A DNA stretch of 62,002 bases, the filler included. It is 5 parts of 5 records of this genome, joined end to end, with 100 filler letters (N's around TTAATTAATTAA, not from the genome) between each part and the next. Parts side by side here need not be neighbours in the genome. Positions count along the whole stretch, not along the records: positions 1 to 28,646 come from SRR20825010_5015; 4 more parts are not named here. One strand, given 5' to 3'. Shown here one piece after another: positions 11,084 to 21,935 of the stretch; position 1 is the stretch's first letter, and each line of letters begins with the position of its first letter. A model generated the notes under the pieces. The model saw only the letters and a list, made by a program, of their open reading frames with translations, ran no database searches and had not been told where the DNA came from. The translations under genes were made by a program, and so were the position numbers.

Positions 11084-11869
11084 ATGAAAATTGCGACCTT
11101 CAACATCAATGGCGTGAAGGCACGCCTGCCACGTCTTCTTGAATGGCTTGATGAATTTTCGCCTGATGTTGCCTGCCTGCAGGAAATCAAAAGCATAGAC
11201 GACAATTTTCCTCGCATGGAATTTGAAGAACGCGGCTGGCATGTAGAAACCTTCGGCCAGAAAGCCTTCAACGGCGTTGGTTTCATATCCAAACACCCGA
11301 TTGAGGATATCCACCGTGCCCTGCCCGCGCTTGATGGCGGTGAGGAGGCGGAAGACGTGCAGGCCCGTTATATCGAGGCCACAATCAAGGGTATTCGCAT
11401 CGCGTCCATCTATCTGCCAAACGGTAACCCGCAGCCGGGGCCAAAGTTCGATTATAAAATCAGCTGGATGGACCGCCTTATCAAACGCGCGGAATATCTG
11501 TTGAGCCTTGAAATGCCAGTTGTACTGGCAGGTGACTATAACGTGATCCCGCATGATGAAGACTGCCACAACCCTGCCGCATGGGTGGATGATGCGCTCA
11601 CACAGCCCGAAAGCAGGCAGCGCCTGCGCTCGATCATCAACCTTGGTTATCTTGATGCGCTTCGGCAGATCAAACCCACCGGCGCCGCCTACAGCTATTG
11701 GGATTTCCAGCGCGGCGCATGGCAGAAAGATCACGGCATCCGCATTGACCACCTTTTGCTGTCACCGCAAGCCGCCGATATGCTCAAAGACTGTCAGGTC
11801 GACCGGATACCGCGCGGCAAGGAAAAATCAAGCGACCACACACCGGTGTGGGTTGAACTAGCTATCTAA
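11084..11869 (+). CDS. xth: Exodeoxyribonuclease III
   Basis: MKIATFNING, CLQEIK, YLPNGNP, GDYN, RIDHLL, SDHTPV. Confidence 0.97.
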   Translation: MKIATFNINGVKARLPRLLEWLDEFSPDVACLQEIKSIDDNFPRMEFEERGWHVETFGQKAFNGVGFISKHPIEDIHRALPALDGGEEAEDVQARYIEATIKGIRIASIYLPNGNPQPGPKFDYKISWMDRLIKRAEYLLSLEMPVVLAGDYNVIPHDEDCHNPAAWVDDALTQPESRQRLRSIINLGYLDALRQIKPTGAAYSYWDFQRGAWQKDHGIRIDHLLLSPQAADMLKDCQVDRIPRGKEKSSDHTPVWVELAI

Positions 11870-12156
11870 CTCAACCCCTGCACCAACAAGACTGTCCCGT
11901 CTGAGCTTGCTCGCCGGTCCTGCACAATGGCTTGATATGCATCGGACGAAGCCCACTTCTGGAAATTTTCCGCGTCTTTAAAGGCCAGTAGCAAGACTTT
12001 GTCGGCATGCCATTCGCCTTCCAGCACCGCCGGGTTTTCATCATTGGCTAAAGGTGTACAATCAATGCCCTCCAGAGTTGCCATAAAACCGGCGAAATAT
12101 TTGCTATACCGTTCCGGATTGTGAATTTTAAGCTGCGCAATTGCATAAACCGTCAT
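11866..12156 (-). CDS. DUF1330-domain protein
   Basis: MTVYAIAQLKIHNPERYSKY...VLEGEW...LLAF...W..SDAYQ; ATG at 12156 after G-rich RBS. Confidence 0.85.
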   Translation of the reverse strand: MTVYAIAQLKIHNPERYSKYFAGFMATLEGIDCTPLANDENPAVLEGEWHADKVLLLAFKDAENFQKWASSDAYQAIVQDRRASSDGTVLLVQGLS

Positions 12157-12218
12157 AGCTAGCCCCCCGTGAGTTGTTCCAAGTTTCAAATAACCCTAGC
12201 ATAAACCACGTTTTTCGC

Positions 12219-12680
12219 TCAGGCGTCTACGGTCTCGTATACCTCACCTTCACGGTTATTGGCTGGCATGCCCAACTCATGCAGGTCTGGCGTGATATAT
12301 TCATCGATGCTTGAGATGCGGTTTTGGCTATCCACATGCACGGCGCGGGAGATACGCCCCGACAGGTCGCGAGCAGGCACCTGCTCATAGCCCATGATGA
12401 TGGCTAGGTCCCCTTTTGAGAACTGATGCGCCGCAGCACCGTTCAGGCAGATAACACCGGAGCCTTCCGTGCCTTCAATAATATAGGTGGTGATGCGTTC
12501 CCCATTGGTGATGTTCACCACGTCCACGGCGCAATATGGCATCAAGCCGGACGCCCGCAACAGGATCGGGTCAACGGTGATGGACCCCACATAGTTAAGC
12601 TCGGCTCCGGTCACCGTCACGCGGTGCAGTTTGCCATACATGAAGGGGCGCAATGCGCCATCAAGATGCGGTTTGCTCAT
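12219..12680 (-). CDS. panD: Aspartate 1-decarboxylase proenzyme
   Basis: KLHRVTVT, YVG/SITVD self-cleavage site, NGERITTY, ICLNGAAA. Confidence 0.93.
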   Translation of the reverse strand: MSKPHLDGALRPFMYGKLHRVTVTGAELNYVGSITVDPILLRASGLMPYCAVDVVNITNGERITTYIIEGTEGSGVICLNGAAAHQFSKGDLAIIMGYEQVPARDLSGRISRAVHVDSQNRISSIDEYITPDLHELGMPANNREGEVYETVDA

Positions 12681-12754
12681 CCGGCCTATCCTTTCACATC
12701 AGGTTGCGTGACATCTGCAACCGATAGCGGATATGGCTCACAGATAGTGAGGCG

Positions 12755-13555
12755 TCAAGCCCCGTCGCTACGTTTCACGGGAATCTCGTCGTGGTCCTCT
12801 CCAATGAAGACACGCAAGCGCCACACCTGCATGTAACCGAATGCCGCCGCTGACCAAGCCGAATATATGATGTCCTATGGTAGAAATACGACGCTCAGCC
12901 AGAAAAGACTCATGAACTCCAGTAAAAGCTGCATCAGTATATATTTCCCGGCCCAAAGCAGCCAAAGCATCGCGACAAATCGCACCGCTTGCTTCGGGCC
13001 ACCCCCCCACATCCCTTACGAGAGCTGTTTTTGCAAGCGTATCAGCGAAAATTGCCCCTGCAACACACACAAGTACAGCCGATATACAATCGTCGATCAG
13101 TTGGTTCTGTTCCAGCCCTGACACAAGGTAAAGGACCACAAGCATGATCACGGCAATAATGAGAGCACATATCCAGAGAGCCACGACCTTTATGAAGTTG
13201 ATAATGGCAGCAAAGACCGCTTCGCGTTTGCTGGGGAAAGCAACATCGTCGATGCCCCGTACGGCAAAACGTATCCACATATTGAACACACCAACACCAA
13301 ATACCGCCCCCGCGAGTATAAACATGCCCACAAAGGCTACACGAGGCCAGATAAAGTCAATATCCAGAACATCCGCCATAGCCCCCGTGCTCTGAAGATT
13401 ATCCGCTCCATTTTCCGCCGCAAAGCGGAAAGAAAACAACAGCATGCCAGTCACCACCACTGTATACACCGCAGTTATGAGCAAGCCCTTGCGGTAGCAA
13501 ATAATGCCCCGCATTGAGCTCCTCAAAAGTATTAAGGCTGGCAAATTCGGGGCAT
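12755..13555 (-). pseudogene. Decayed paralog of the neighbouring membrane protein 13625-14479
   Basis: FNMWIR..AAIINFIK..FADTLAKTAL parallels FNFWVR..AAFVNGLK..FSANLTQTAM. The hydrophobic C-terminus continues in another frame after a G7 run (13002-13008) and has an in-frame TAG (12875-12877). ATG 13555 is out of frame with the body. Confidence 0.7.
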
Positions 13556-13624
13556 GGCACGTGCTCTCGATCTATATCAGCGGCCCCCAGGGTTTACTAA
13601 TCGCCTTTAGAGGTCAGCTGTCAT

Positions 13625-14479
13625 CTATTCGTTTGATGTATTCCCGGTATCGACGCCCACTTCTTCCGCCCGGCAGATGCGGTAGCGAATTCCGTGCGCA
13701 ACACCAATCGCAAACATGACAAAAACACCCAGCACAAGATTGATCACGGTCGAGAGAACAGCAGAGCCCGTGAGCCCCGCCAACGTGACCGGCACCAAAA
13801 GCACCAGATACACAAGGATCAGCACCACGGCAAAATCCACCGTATGCGGATGGCTCAAGCCCTCATCATCCGTCCGCATCGCCGTTTGTGTAAGATTGGC
13901 GGAAAAAAGCGAATAGATGATCGAGCCCGCAACAAGTGACACAATCTGGTTAAGTATCCCCGCCCGTGTTGCCGCGGCAAGATCTTGATCCATCGATGAC
14001 GCTATCTGTTCACTGAAGCTGCTCGTCAAGCCAAGCGTGCTTAGTATACTGATGATGACAAAACTGACGATACCAAGCAGGATGGCGATCAGGACAAACT
14101 TCAGGCCATTTACAAACGCCGCAGAGAGCGCCGCACCCAATGGTTTGATACGGGCGTGTTCAAAGCCAAATGCCCCCGCACGTACCCAAAAGTTGAAGAT
14201 ATAAGCCGCAACCATCATCACAAGAACCACGACAACCAATAGTGCCGGGATCATCGCCGCTAATGCTGAAAAATCGCCATTTGCCACGCTCTCTTCAAGA
14301 CTCGCCATAGCCTCAGGGGATAGCCCGCTCGCCATGCCAACAATCATGGCCGCAATAATTGCGAGAACCGTCACACTAATGAAGAGACCAATGGTCTTAA
14401 AAAATTCGACCGGACGAGAGAATGGCAGCGCAAAAGACTGCTTGACAATATCAAGAATGGGAAGCCGTTGCATATTCAC
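13625..14479 (-). CDS. Hypothetical multi-pass membrane protein
   Basis: 284-aa ORF with about six hydrophobic segments. Confidence 0.8.
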   Translation of the reverse strand: MNMQRLPILDIVKQSFALPFSRPVEFFKTIGLFISVTVLAIIAAMIVGMASGLSPEAMASLEESVANGDFSALAAMIPALLVVVVLVMMVAAYIFNFWVRAGAFGFEHARIKPLGAALSAAFVNGLKFVLIAILLGIVSFVIISILSTLGLTSSFSEQIASSMDQDLAAATRAGILNQIVSLVAGSIIYSLFSANLTQTAMRTDDEGLSHPHTVDFAVVLILVYLVLLVPVTLAGLTGSAVLSTVINLVLGVFVMFAIGVAHGIRYRICRAEEVGVDTGNTSNE

Positions 14480-14630
14480 CCCCTGAATAACTTTTCGAAT
14501 AATTTCCCTATAGTATTCAATATACTAAAGCCAGTTTCTCACACGACCCTGAGAGAAAAGACAAATTGAACCTTTGCACGCTAGCGTGGTAGCGCGATCA
14601 AGAAAAGCTTAAATAATGATAAATTGCCGT

Positions 14631-15068
14631 CTACCGTGACCATTCCAGATGAATGATCGGAAATGGCCGCCCCGCATCATCGGTGGGGTCACGGCGGACA
14701 TCACGGAAACCACATTTATGATAAAATGCATGAGCTTGCGGTTGCTGCTCGTTCACCTGCACCGTCAACATCTCATGCCGCGCCTTCATGTGATCGATAA
14801 AGCGCGTGCCAATACCCGTTCCGTGGGCTTTGGGATCAACAAACAGCGCATCAATATTGGCGTCCGTGCAGCCCATGAATCCTTGAGGTACACCGTCTGC
14901 ATCGTCAAAAACCAGAAAATCCGCGTTTGGCAGATACTGTGTTTTCACAACGGCGGCGATCTCCTGCCGCTGTTCCGGGCTTAAAAAGTCATGCGTGGCC
15001 AGCACCGCCGCATGCCAGATGGCAAACAAGCGGTCCAGGTCGTTCGAGACTGCGGGGCGAAACGTCAT
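14631..15068 (-). CDS. GNAT acetyltransferase (YjaB-like)
   Basis: AVLATHDFL, IDALFVDPKAHGTGIG, VNEQQPQAHAFYHKCGF. Confidence 0.92.
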   Translation of the reverse strand: MTFRPAVSNDLDRLFAIWHAAVLATHDFLSPEQRQEIAAVVKTQYLPNADFLVFDDADGVPQGFMGCTDANIDALFVDPKAHGTGIGTRFIDHMKARHEMLTVQVNEQQPQAHAFYHKCGFRDVRRDPTDDAGRPFPIIHLEWSR

Positions 15069-15084
15069 TTACCCGGTATCCTGC

Positions 15085-16923
15085 CTAGATTTGCCTAACC
15101 GCGCCTTTGCTCGCCGATGTGGTCATCGCGGCATAGGCCCTGAGCGCCTTGGTTACCTTACGGGGCCGTACATTCAAAGGCTTCCAGGCTTTGTCGCCCT
15201 TTGCCTCCATCGCAGCGCGGCGCGTATCAAGGGTGGCGGCGTCCACCTTCACATTGATGGACCGGTTCGGAATAGATATCTCGATAATGTCGCCCTCTTC
15301 CACCAAACCGATCGCACCGCCCTCAGCCGCCTCAGGGCTAGCGTGCCCGATAGAAAGACCTGACGTACCGCCGGAGAAACGACCGTCGGTCAAAAGCGCG
15401 CAAGCTTTACCGAGCCCCATCGACTTGAGGTAGCTGGTTGGGTAGAGCATTTCCTGCATGCCCGGCCCGCCACGCGGCCCCTCATAGCGGATGACCACAA
15501 CATCACCCTCTTTGACCTCACCACCGAGAATGGCGGCAACCGACGCGTCCTGGCTTTCAAACACCCTTGCTCGACCGGTAAAGTTGAGAATGCTTTCATC
15601 CACACCGGCGGTTTTAACGATACAGCCGTCTTCTGCGATATTGCCAAACAGCACCGCAAGGCCACCATCCTGGCTGTAGGCATGCTCTTTCATGCGGATA
15701 CAACCGTCTTTCCGGTCCAGATCCAGCTCCGTGTAGCGCTTGCTTTGGCTAAAGGCGGTTTGTGTCGGCACACCACCCGGGGCTGCAAGGAAAAACTGCC
15801 TGAGGTCAGGATCATTGCTGGCGGCCACGTCATAACGCGCGAGCGCATCAGCCATCGTGGGCGTATGCACGGTGGTGCAGTCGCCGTTGATCAGCCCCGC
15901 ACGGTACAATTCGCCCAAAATCGCGAAGATACCGCCGGCGCGGTGTACGTCCTGAATGTGATATTTGTTGGTGGCCGGTGCCACCTTGCAAAGGTTGGGC
16001 ACCCGGCGCGAAAGCCGGTCGATATCCTCAATGGTGAAATCGATCTCGCCTTCCTGTGCAGCGGCAAGGATATGCAGCACCGTGTTGGTGGAGCCGCCCA
16101 TAGCGATATCGAGTGTCATCGCGTTCTCAAACGCCTTGAAGTTAGCCACGTTGCGCGGCAGCACGCTCTCGTCGCCGCCTTCATAATATTGTTTGGTGAT
16201 CTGCACCACTACCCGCGCGGCAGTAAGGAACAGTTCGCGCCTGTCAGAGTGTGTGGCGAGGGTGGTGCCATTCCCCGGCAAGCTGAGGCCCAAAGCCTCA
16301 GTAAGGCAGTTCATGCTGTTGGCGGTAAACATGCCTGAGCAAGATCCACAGGTTGGGCATGCACTGCGTTCAATGCGTGCCACTTCTTCGTCTGAAATGT
16401 TCGGGTTGGCCGCATCAACCATGGCGTCCACAAGGTCAAGCTTCCTGACCTCACCGTCATAATCGTCTTCACCCGCTTCCATCGGCCCACCAGAGACAAA
16501 CACTGCAGGAATGTTGAGCCTGAGAGCTGCCATCAGCATGCCCGGTGTGATCTTGTCGCAGTTGGAAATACACACAAGTGCATCCGCGCAGTGCGCATTG
16601 GCCATATATTCCACGCTATCCGCGATAATCTCGCGGCTTGGCAAGCTATAGAGCATGCCGTCATGGCCCATGGCGATACCGTCATCAACCGCGATGGTGT
16701 TAAATTCCTTGGCGATACCGCCTGCGGCCTCAATCTCACGCGCAACCAGTTGCCCCATGTCCTTGAGGTGCACATGCCCGGGCACAAACTGGGTGAAGCT
16801 GTTGGCAACCGCAATGATCGGTTTCTTGAAGTCGTCATCCTTCATGCCGGTTGCACGCCACAGCGCGCGGGCTCCTGCCATATTACGGCCATGGGTGGAA
16901 GTGCGGGAACGATACTCGGGCAT
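15085..16923 (-). CDS. ilvD: Dihydroxy-acid dehydratase
   Basis: Real start [22 protein letters not shown] (ATG 16923); [28 protein letters not shown]. Confidence 0.98.
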   Translation of the reverse strand: MPEYRSRTSTHGRNMAGARALWRATGMKDDDFKKPIIAVANSFTQFVPGHVHLKDMGQLVAREIEAAGGIAKEFNTIAVDDGIAMGHDGMLYSLPSREIIADSVEYMANAHCADALVCISNCDKITPGMLMAALRLNIPAVFVSGGPMEAGEDDYDGEVRKLDLVDAMVDAANPNISDEEVARIERSACPTCGSCSGMFTANSMNCLTEALGLSLPGNGTTLATHSDRRELFLTAARVVVQITKQYYEGGDESVLPRNVANFKAFENAMTLDIAMGGSTNTVLHILAAAQEGEIDFTIEDIDRLSRRVPNLCKVAPATNKYHIQDVHRAGGIFAILGELYRAGLINGDCTTVHTPTMADALARYDVAASNDPDLRQFFLAAPGGVPTQTAFSQSKRYTELDLDRKDGCIRMKEHAYSQDGGLAVLFGNIAEDGCIVKTAGVDESILNFTGRARVFESQDASVAAILGGEVKEGDVVVIRYEGPRGGPGMQEMLYPTSYLKSMGLGKACALLTDGRFSGGTSGLSIGHASPEAAEGGAIGLVEEGDIIEISIPNRSINVKVDAATLDTRRAAMEAKGDKAWKPLNVRPRKVTKALRAYAAMTTSASKGAVRQI

Positions 16924-17058
16924 TCTGGTCTTCTCCGGACAGACGGGACTTTTCAAACATGGATATTGGCCGCGACAATAGCTTCGCGACACGCAGCTGT
17001 CGATAAGAAATGAAAAGAAAATGCTACCATCTTTGTATTTTAATTACGCGTAAAGGCG

Positions 17059-17087
17059 TTGCCTGAGACACAGCCTCAGCCTATAGA
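17059..17087 (+). promoter_or_regulatory. Putative sigma70 promoter of speB
   Basis: TTGCCT-17 nt-TATAGA; -10 lies inside an AGCCTCA/TGAGGCT inverted repeat. Confidence 0.45.
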
Positions 17088-17123
17088 TGAGGCTCGTTTT
17101 TCATCCTTTAAGGAGCAGATGCC

Positions 17124-18029
17124 GTGTCACAAGGCATGATGGAACCCTATGCGGGCCTGATTAGTTTTTTGCGTATGCCTTTTGCCGAAACAGCGGAAGG
17201 GCTTGATATTGCTGTGATGGGCGTGCCGTTTGATCTGGCCACCACCGGCCGCTCAGGCGCGCGATTTGGCCCGCGCGGCGTGCGGGAAATGTCGCTCACC
17301 ATGGCTGAGTTCCCTTGGGGGGTGTGGCCATGGGAGTATCACGTCCGTGACAAGTTCAAGGTGGCAGACCTTGGCGACGTGACAGGCTTTACGGCTTATA
17401 CGGACCGCATGATGCCCTCTGTTGAAGCGGCAGCAGACAAGGTTTTGGCAACCGGCGCGCAGCTGCTGACCATCGGCGGTGATCATTCCATCAGCTACCC
17501 GCTTCTGCGTGCGCACGCGAAGCTGCACGGCCCGCTGGCGCTTATTCACTTTGATGCACACTCTGATACATGGACGGACGACGACCTGAACCATGGCACC
17601 ATGTTCTATCACGCCATTCAGGAAGGCATTATTGTGCCGGAAAATTCCATCCAGCTTGGCATGCGCACCCCAAACCCGGACACGCACGGCATGCTGGTGC
17701 ATGATGGGCTTGAGTGCCTGCGCACACCTGCGGACGAGATGGCAAAACGCATCCGTGAACGTGTGGGTGACCGCCCTGCTTACCTAACCTTCGATATCGA
17801 CTTTCTCGACCCCGCCTATGCGCCAGCGACCGGCACACCGGTTGTGGGTGGGCCCAATGTGGCTTATGCGCGAGATGTACTGAAGGCACTCAGGGGCATG
17901 AATATTGTGGGGGGAGACCAGGTTGAGGTTGCCCCGCACTATGAAGGCCCGGGACAGATCACAGCACTTGCTGGCGCAACCATCGCCTGCGATATCCTCT
18001 ATCTTATCGCGGAAGCGCGCGGGAAATAA
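17124..18029 (+). CDS. speB: Agmatinase (ureohydrolase family)
   Basis: GARFGP, GGDHS, HFDAHSD, FDIDFLDP, GTPVVGG. Confidence 0.88.
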   Translation: MSQGMMEPYAGLISFLRMPFAETAEGLDIAVMGVPFDLATTGRSGARFGPRGVREMSLTMAEFPWGVWPWEYHVRDKFKVADLGDVTGFTAYTDRMMPSVEAAADKVLATGAQLLTIGGDHSISYPLLRAHAKLHGPLALIHFDAHSDTWTDDDLNHGTMFYHAIQEGIIVPENSIQLGMRTPNPDTHGMLVHDGLECLRTPADEMAKRIRERVGDRPAYLTFDIDFLDPAYAPATGTPVVGGPNVAYARDVLKALRGMNIVGGDQVEVAPHYEGPGQITALAGATIACDILYLIAEARGK

Positions 18030-18079
18030 TCATCAAAGCTTTACGGCGCCCGATCATTGCGGCGCCGTAACCACCCCAA

Positions 18080-18850
18080 TCAAGGTATTGAGAAGCCGTA
18101 TTTTTCCCTCAACTCCCCACGCTCGCGCAACAGCTCGATACGCGCGCTCACGTGGGCAATGAAGCGCGCCGCCTTGTCTGATGGCCAGCAGGTAAACCGC
18201 TCCCCAAGGCTGAGGAGGACGAAGTTCGGATCGCTGTGAAAATCACGGCGCCCCACCCGCGCAAAATATGCTTCCGCATCCAGTGAGTATGACAGCACCA
18301 CTTGCGCACGACCAGCGGAGAGCAGCTCAAAGGTATCGTCAATTGTCTTAGCGTAATGAATGTCAGAGAGAAACGGCAGGCGGCGTTTTGCGATAGTACT
18401 GGCGTGCAGGGATTCGTCCCCCACAATCGCCTTCCCTTCCAGACCCGCCATGCTTCGAAGAACAGGCCTTGATGCCAGAGTATAGGCGTGCAGATTGATG
18501 CGATTAAACGCTGGTGATGCCAGGAACTGGTTCGCATCCACCCCGTGGTCTCTATAAAATATTTCGTCGTCTGACACCATATAGAGGCAATCAACCTCAC
18601 GAGAGAAAAAGCTGCGTGTATATCGCTTGATCGGCAACAGGCGTATATCGACCGTGTGGGGCGCGGAAGCCATGATGTCCGAATAAAATTCCCAGTATGG
18701 CCCCACACCGTCAGCGGCGAAAACACCCTCAATAGACGGGCCCCCAAGCGAGATATGATCGAACGCACGAAGAGACCCCGCGCCGCTCAAGCAGGCAGAC
18801 AGAATCGTAACGGCTACGATATAAAACCTGCGTTTCATCCCCGTCCTCAT
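18080..18850 (-). CDS. Putative periplasmic substrate-binding (family 3-like) protein
   Basis: Signal-peptide-like N-terminus, LPIKRY, ELLSAGRAQV, C-terminal LRERGELREKY. Confidence 0.6.
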   Translation of the reverse strand: MRTGMKRRFYIVAVTILSACLSGAGSLRAFDHISLGGPSIEGVFAADGVGPYWEFYSDIMASAPHTVDIRLLPIKRYTRSFFSREVDCLYMVSDDEIFYRDHGVDANQFLASPAFNRINLHAYTLASRPVLRSMAGLEGKAIVGDESLHASTIAKRRLPFLSDIHYAKTIDDTFELLSAGRAQVVLSYSLDAEAYFARVGRRDFHSDPNFVLLSLGERFTCWPSDKAARFIAHVSARIELLRERGELREKYGFSIP

Positions 18851-19001
18851 TGCTCCGGCCCGTGCTTCATGTACAGAAAACCTTCAAAAACAATGCAATC
18901 TTATACAGTTAGCTTCCCTAATTTTTTATGAATTTTTCAAGCTATAATGGCGTTCTCGCGAATCACTGATTCGTTTTTGTAACCGTCTGTCCTACTGAGA
19001 C

Positions 19002-19027
19002 AAAAAAGGACGCCCACAGGCGCCCTT
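19002..19027 (-). terminator. Rho-independent terminator of valS
   Basis: Minus strand AAGGGCGCC-TGTG-GGCGTCCTT followed by T tract. Confidence 0.75.
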
Positions 19028-19054
19028 CCAATACATTTGACTTAATAGCAGCTA

Positions 19055-21718
19055 TCAGAGGCGTGCGAGCGCGGCTTTCACCTTCTCAGCCTGTGTTTCA
19101 AGGTCCGTGAGTTGCTCCCGCGCTTCCGCAACAACATGCTCCGGTGCTTTGACGACAAACTTCTCATTGCCAAGACGACCCTTAAGCGCACCAGCTTCTT
19201 TCATGATCTTTTCAAGGTTCTTCTCGAGCCGGGCTTTTTCTGCGTCCAAGTCCATCAGGTCTGCGAGCGGCAGGTAGACGGTCGCCTCATCGACAACCAA
19301 TTGTGCGGCGCCCTTGCTCTCGGCTGACGCAACCGCCTCAGCCTTTTCAAGCCGCGCGAGACGGCAGATCATATCCTGAAAATCTACGAGCCGCGCTTTG
19401 GTGGCGTCACTCGCGCCAACCACCAGTGCTGTTGCCTTAGCGCCAGCCGGTACGTTCATCTCAGACCGGGTTGAACGGATTTCAGAGATAAACTTGATCG
19501 CCCAGTTTACTTCTTCGCCAGCAGCTGCATCCACGCCAGTTGCTTCAGGCCAAGCCGCATGAATTAGGTCATAGGCACGGTCTGATTTGGTGGCATGCCA
19601 CAGTTCCTCCGTAATGAACGGCATGAAGGGGTGCAGCAGTACCAGAATCTGGTCCAGAACCCAACCGGCAACACGGCGGGTTTCAGTTTTCTGGGCTTCA
19701 TCCTCGCCCCAGAAAACAGGTTTGATCAGTTCAACATACCAGTCACAGAATGTACCCCAGGTGAAGTGATAGATCGCATCTGCCGCATCATTGAAGCGGA
19801 AGGCATCAAACGCCTGCGTCACAGACTCCGTGGTTTTAGCAACTTCGCCGATGATCCATTTGTTGACCGCAAGCGATGCCTCAGGTGCTGTCGCACTATC
19901 AGAGCCCGCGATCTCGTTCATCTCGCAGAAGCGCGCGGCGTTCCAAAGCTTGGTTGCGAAGTTGCGGTAGCCTTCAACACGCTTTTCACTGAGCTTGATA
20001 TCGCGCCCCTGTGCTTCCATCGCGATCAGCGTGAAACGAAGCGCATCCGCGCCGTATTTCTCCACAAACTCAAGCGGGTCGATCACGTTGCCCTTGGATT
20101 TGGACATCTTGGCGCCGTGCTCATCGCGCACCAGCGCGTGGATATACACATTCTTGAACGGCACTTCGCCCATGAAGTGGATGCCGGACATCATCATGCG
20201 CGCCACCCAGAAGAAGATGATATCAAAACCCGTGATCAGCGTTGTGTTGGGGTAATATTTCCTGAGCACCGCGCTGTCCGTATCGGGCCAGTCGATCGTG
20301 CTATAGGGCCACATGGCGGATGAGAACCACGTATCAAGCACGTCCGGGTCGCGGGTCAGCTTAACGACAGCCCCAAGCTTGGCGCGCGCGGTTTCATAGG
20401 CGGCTTCTTCGGTTTCTTCAACAAAAACGCTGCCATCCTCCGCATACCACGCAGGAATACGGTGCCCCCACCAAAGCTGGCGAGACACACACCATGGCTG
20501 GATGTTGCGCATCCACTCAAAGTAGGTCTTCTCCCAGTTTTTGGGGATAAAGTTGGTTTTACCGGTTTCAACCGCCTCAATAGCTGGTTTCGCCAGTGTT
20601 TCCGCGTCCACATACCACTGCTCGGTCAGCATCGGCTCAATCACAACGCCAGAGCGGTCACCAAACGGCTGCGCGATAACCTTGTCTTCAACACCGCGGT
20701 AGAAACCGAGCTCCTCAATTTCCTTGAGGAGCAGTTTCCGTGCCTCGAACCGGTCAAGCCCTTCATAATGCGCAGGCACATTATTCTCAGGTGTGACGAT
20801 CATCCGGGCTTCCTCATCCATCAGCTTGATGAGCGGGATGTCGTTACGGCGGGCAACTTCAAAGTCGTTAAAGTCGTGCGCACCGGTGATTTTCACGGCA
20901 CCCGAGCCGAACTCAGGGTCCGGGTATTCATCTGCGATGATCGGAATCAAACGGTCCGCAATCGGCAGGCGCACCATCTTGCCCACGAGGTTTTTATAGC
21001 GCTCGTCTGACGGGTGCACAGCAACGGCACCATCGCCCAGCATGGTTTCAGGCCGCGTGGTTGCAATGATGATTTCGGAAATGCCGTCAACCGGGCCATC
21101 AGCCAACGGATAGGCAAACCGCCACATATGGCCGTTCACTTCCTTCTGGTCGACTTCCAGGTCAGAAATCGCGGTTCTAAACTTCGGGTCCCAGTTCACA
21201 AGGCGCTGGTCTTTATAAAGCAAGCCTTCCTTGTAGAGCTGGACAAATTTCTTGAGCACAGCGGCGGAGCGCTTGTCATCCATCGTGAAGGCTTCGCGGG
21301 ACCAGTCACAGCTGGCACCAAGGTGCCTGAGCTGACGGGTGATCGCGCCACCTGATTCCGCTTTCCATTCCCACACTTTATCGATGAAGGCATCACGCCC
21401 CAACTCTTTGCGGGATGAGCCACCAGCAGCATCCAGCTGACGCTCAACCACCATCTGGGTTGCGATGCCCGCGTGGTCAGTACCCGGCTGCCACAGCACG
21501 TCCTTGCCGCGCAGGCGCTCAAACCGCACAAGGGCGTCCTGCAGGCTGTTATCCAGTGCATGACCCATGTGCAGGTTGCCCGTGACATTCGGCGGCGGCA
21601 TGACGATGACATAGGGCTCCGCATCCTCACGTTTGCCACATTCAAACGCGCCAGAGTTTTCCCAATGTTCGTACCATTTGGTTTCGATATCCGCCGGGGA
21701 GTATGTCTTATCGAGCAT
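19055..21718 (-). CDS. valS: Valyl-tRNA synthetase
   Basis: [33 protein letters not shown]-terminal coiled coil. Confidence 0.99.
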   Translation of the reverse strand: MLDKTYSPADIETKWYEHWENSGAFECGKREDAEPYVIVMPPPNVTGNLHMGHALDNSLQDALVRFERLRGKDVLWQPGTDHAGIATQMVVERQLDAAGGSSRKELGRDAFIDKVWEWKAESGGAITRQLRHLGASCDWSREAFTMDDKRSAAVLKKFVQLYKEGLLYKDQRLVNWDPKFRTAISDLEVDQKEVNGHMWRFAYPLADGPVDGISEIIIATTRPETMLGDGAVAVHPSDERYKNLVGKMVRLPIADRLIPIIADEYPDPEFGSGAVKITGAHDFNDFEVARRNDIPLIKLMDEEARMIVTPENNVPAHYEGLDRFEARKLLLKEIEELGFYRGVEDKVIAQPFGDRSGVVIEPMLTEQWYVDAETLAKPAIEAVETGKTNFIPKNWEKTYFEWMRNIQPWCVSRQLWWGHRIPAWYAEDGSVFVEETEEAAYETARAKLGAVVKLTRDPDVLDTWFSSAMWPYSTIDWPDTDSAVLRKYYPNTTLITGFDIIFFWVARMMMSGIHFMGEVPFKNVYIHALVRDEHGAKMSKSKGNVIDPLEFVEKYGADALRFTLIAMEAQGRDIKLSEKRVEGYRNFATKLWNAARFCEMNEIAGSDSATAPEASLAVNKWIIGEVAKTTESVTQAFDAFRFNDAADAIYHFTWGTFCDWYVELIKPVFWGEDEAQKTETRRVAGWVLDQILVLLHPFMPFITEELWHATKSDRAYDLIHAAWPEATGVDAAAGEEVNWAIKFISEIRSTRSEMNVPAGAKATALVVGASDATKARLVDFQDMICRLARLEKAEAVASAESKGAAQLVVDEATVYLPLADLMDLDAEKARLEKNLEKIMKEAGALKGRLGNEKFVVKAPEHVVAEAREQLTDLETQAEKVKAALARL

Positions 21719-21935
21719 CTTCTATTCCGCTAGTTGTCATTATCTCAGGCTCTCATGATGGAGCCATGCTTCCAAGTAGGCTAAAAATACAGCCAAACCG
21801 GGGGCGCACAATGCACAATTATGACGCAAAACGAAAGAGCGAAGTGCCGTTTTCTGCCAGCTTTCTCCCCACTTCCGCGTCAGCCCTCACTAAAGTGGCA
21901 TTGGGGCCCCACCCCGGCCTGTGGTAAGATTGCGC

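Noticed and set aside
13002-13008. G7 tract as a phase-variation switch
   Set aside because: Restoring the frame still meets an in-frame TAG and a broken start, so decay is more likely.
16924-16992. ORF-track N-terminal extensions (ilvD; also popZ to 23731, GspK-like to 52100, VWA to 56400)
   Set aside because: Family N-termini, RBS position and stop/start overlaps point to the shorter starts used here.
17014-17123. Guanidine riboswitch upstream of the ureohydrolase
   Set aside because: No paired ACGR-loop hairpins or ykkC-like structure, and the predicted leader is too short.
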